A stretch of DNA of 64,000 nucleotides, taken from the NCBI GenBank assembly GCA_010405405.1, contig MU004230.1, positions 4,358,282-4,422,281 on the forward strand. The letters are read 5' to 3'. This DNA is from Microthyrium microscopicum. Its lineage: Eukaryota. The notes beneath the pieces were generated by a model, which saw nothing but the letters and a program-made list of their open reading frames with translations, searched no databases and had not been told where the DNA came from. The first letter of the stretch is position 1. Each line of letters begins with the position of its first letter. Below, piece by piece: positions 62,993 to 64,000 of this stretch. Made by a program: the position numbers and the translations under genes.

Positions 62993-63406
62993 ATGTCGGA
63001 CCAACTCAAGGTAAACAGCGCCCGTCTGTTTCTGCGCGCTTTTGCTCGAAGCTAACTTGTCCAAGGAATTCGCTGAGATTCCCCGAGAATTCCTCAAGGA
63101 GGGTACACAGTTCATGAACCGATGCCAAAAGCGTACGTTACCCTTTCAGCGCGCCTTGCGCTTCACCAGAAACACACTCGCGAATGCCCCTTCCAATTGC
63201 AGTTGGCGGTCGCGCTCGCGCAATTATTCAGCTATCCATAGCCATACTTTACATCATCGTATACATCTACTGACCATCCTCTAGCAAACAAGCGTGAATT
63301 CATCAAGCTTTGCCAAGCTGTCGGACTCGGATTCGTCGTTATGGGCGCTATCGGCTACTTCATCCGCATAATCCACATCCCCGTCAACCAGATTCTCGTG
63401 TCGTGA
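62993..63406 (+). CDS. SSS1: Sec61 translocon gamma subunit, 3 exons
   Basis: Introns 63011-63065 and 63133-63284. Product MSDQLKEFAEIPREFLKEGTQFMNRCQKPNKREFIKLCQAVGLGFVVMGAIGYFIRIIHIPVNQILVS. Confidence 0.96.
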
Positions 63407-64000
63407 GAACAGCAACGAACTAGCTGCTCGGAGAAGAGCATGGAGCAGAAGGACAATGCACCTGCGCCAACATCCTCGTTGAATACTCGTCAGGTTCATT
63501 CATAGGGAGAGAAATAATTCTTGGATGGGGTTGGGAGTCTTATGATCAGCATATAGCGGATTGGGCTTGACCGTTTGTACGATATGGTTTTACGCGGACT
63601 AGAAAAGTCAATTCACATATTCTGGGCCACTTCTTTGATGCATACTTGCTTCCACCTTTCAGCTATTGTCAGATTGGTTTTCACTATGATCTTACATTCG
63701 CTGTTTACGTGAACAACGTTCAGAGACCAGTGGCTGATAGCCTAAAAATATACCTTACAACTCTATCGTCATCTGGCCTGCTGCAACAACTTCCTGTTCT
63801 TGATGGCCTGAATTAAAACCCGTCTTTCTCGAGCTTCTGATATAATATGAAGCATCTACAACTCAAGAATGAGCAATAACTGGCTGGGGAGGCAATAAGT
63901 TGTGAAGAAGACGCGTAAGGCACGTACTGTAGATCAAGTAACAAAAGCCGGACATTGTGCTTGAAACTTTTTCTCAATCTGGTGAGATGGGTACGTGCAA

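Overview
Eukaryotic genomic DNA from a filamentous ascomycete (probably Pezizomycotina; Dothideomycete-like is my inference). Introns are short GT-AG introns of about 45-65 nt with CTRAY branch sites. I reconstructed 17 protein-coding genes by hand: an MFS transporter, a PDR-type ABC transporter, a DUF6640-like membrane protein, two uncharacterised proteins, mitoribosomal MRP10, two tandem RBR E3 ligases, a JMJD5-like JmjC protein, a Mit1/CHD remodeller, MRM1, an ORP1-like protein, a GST, an Xbp1-like APSES factor, TOP2, an Rbp35/CFIm68-like RRM protein and SSS1. Two long gene-poor stretches lie at about 4.3-11.5 kb and 49.5-53.7 kb. The most interesting signal is two unusually long, hairpin-rich introns in unrelated genes (33340-33568 and 44161-44510). 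They share an exact 14-mer and a palindromic core, and one sits inside a TCCAGG direct repeat, which suggests a family of mobile introner-like elements. Also notable are an intergenic ~210-nt multibranch RNA-like fold (7187-7395), three precise intron presence/absence differences between the tandem RBR paralogs, and a candidate autoregulatory 5'UTR on the CFIm68-like gene. Gene models and pairings were read by eye; no searches or folding programs were run.
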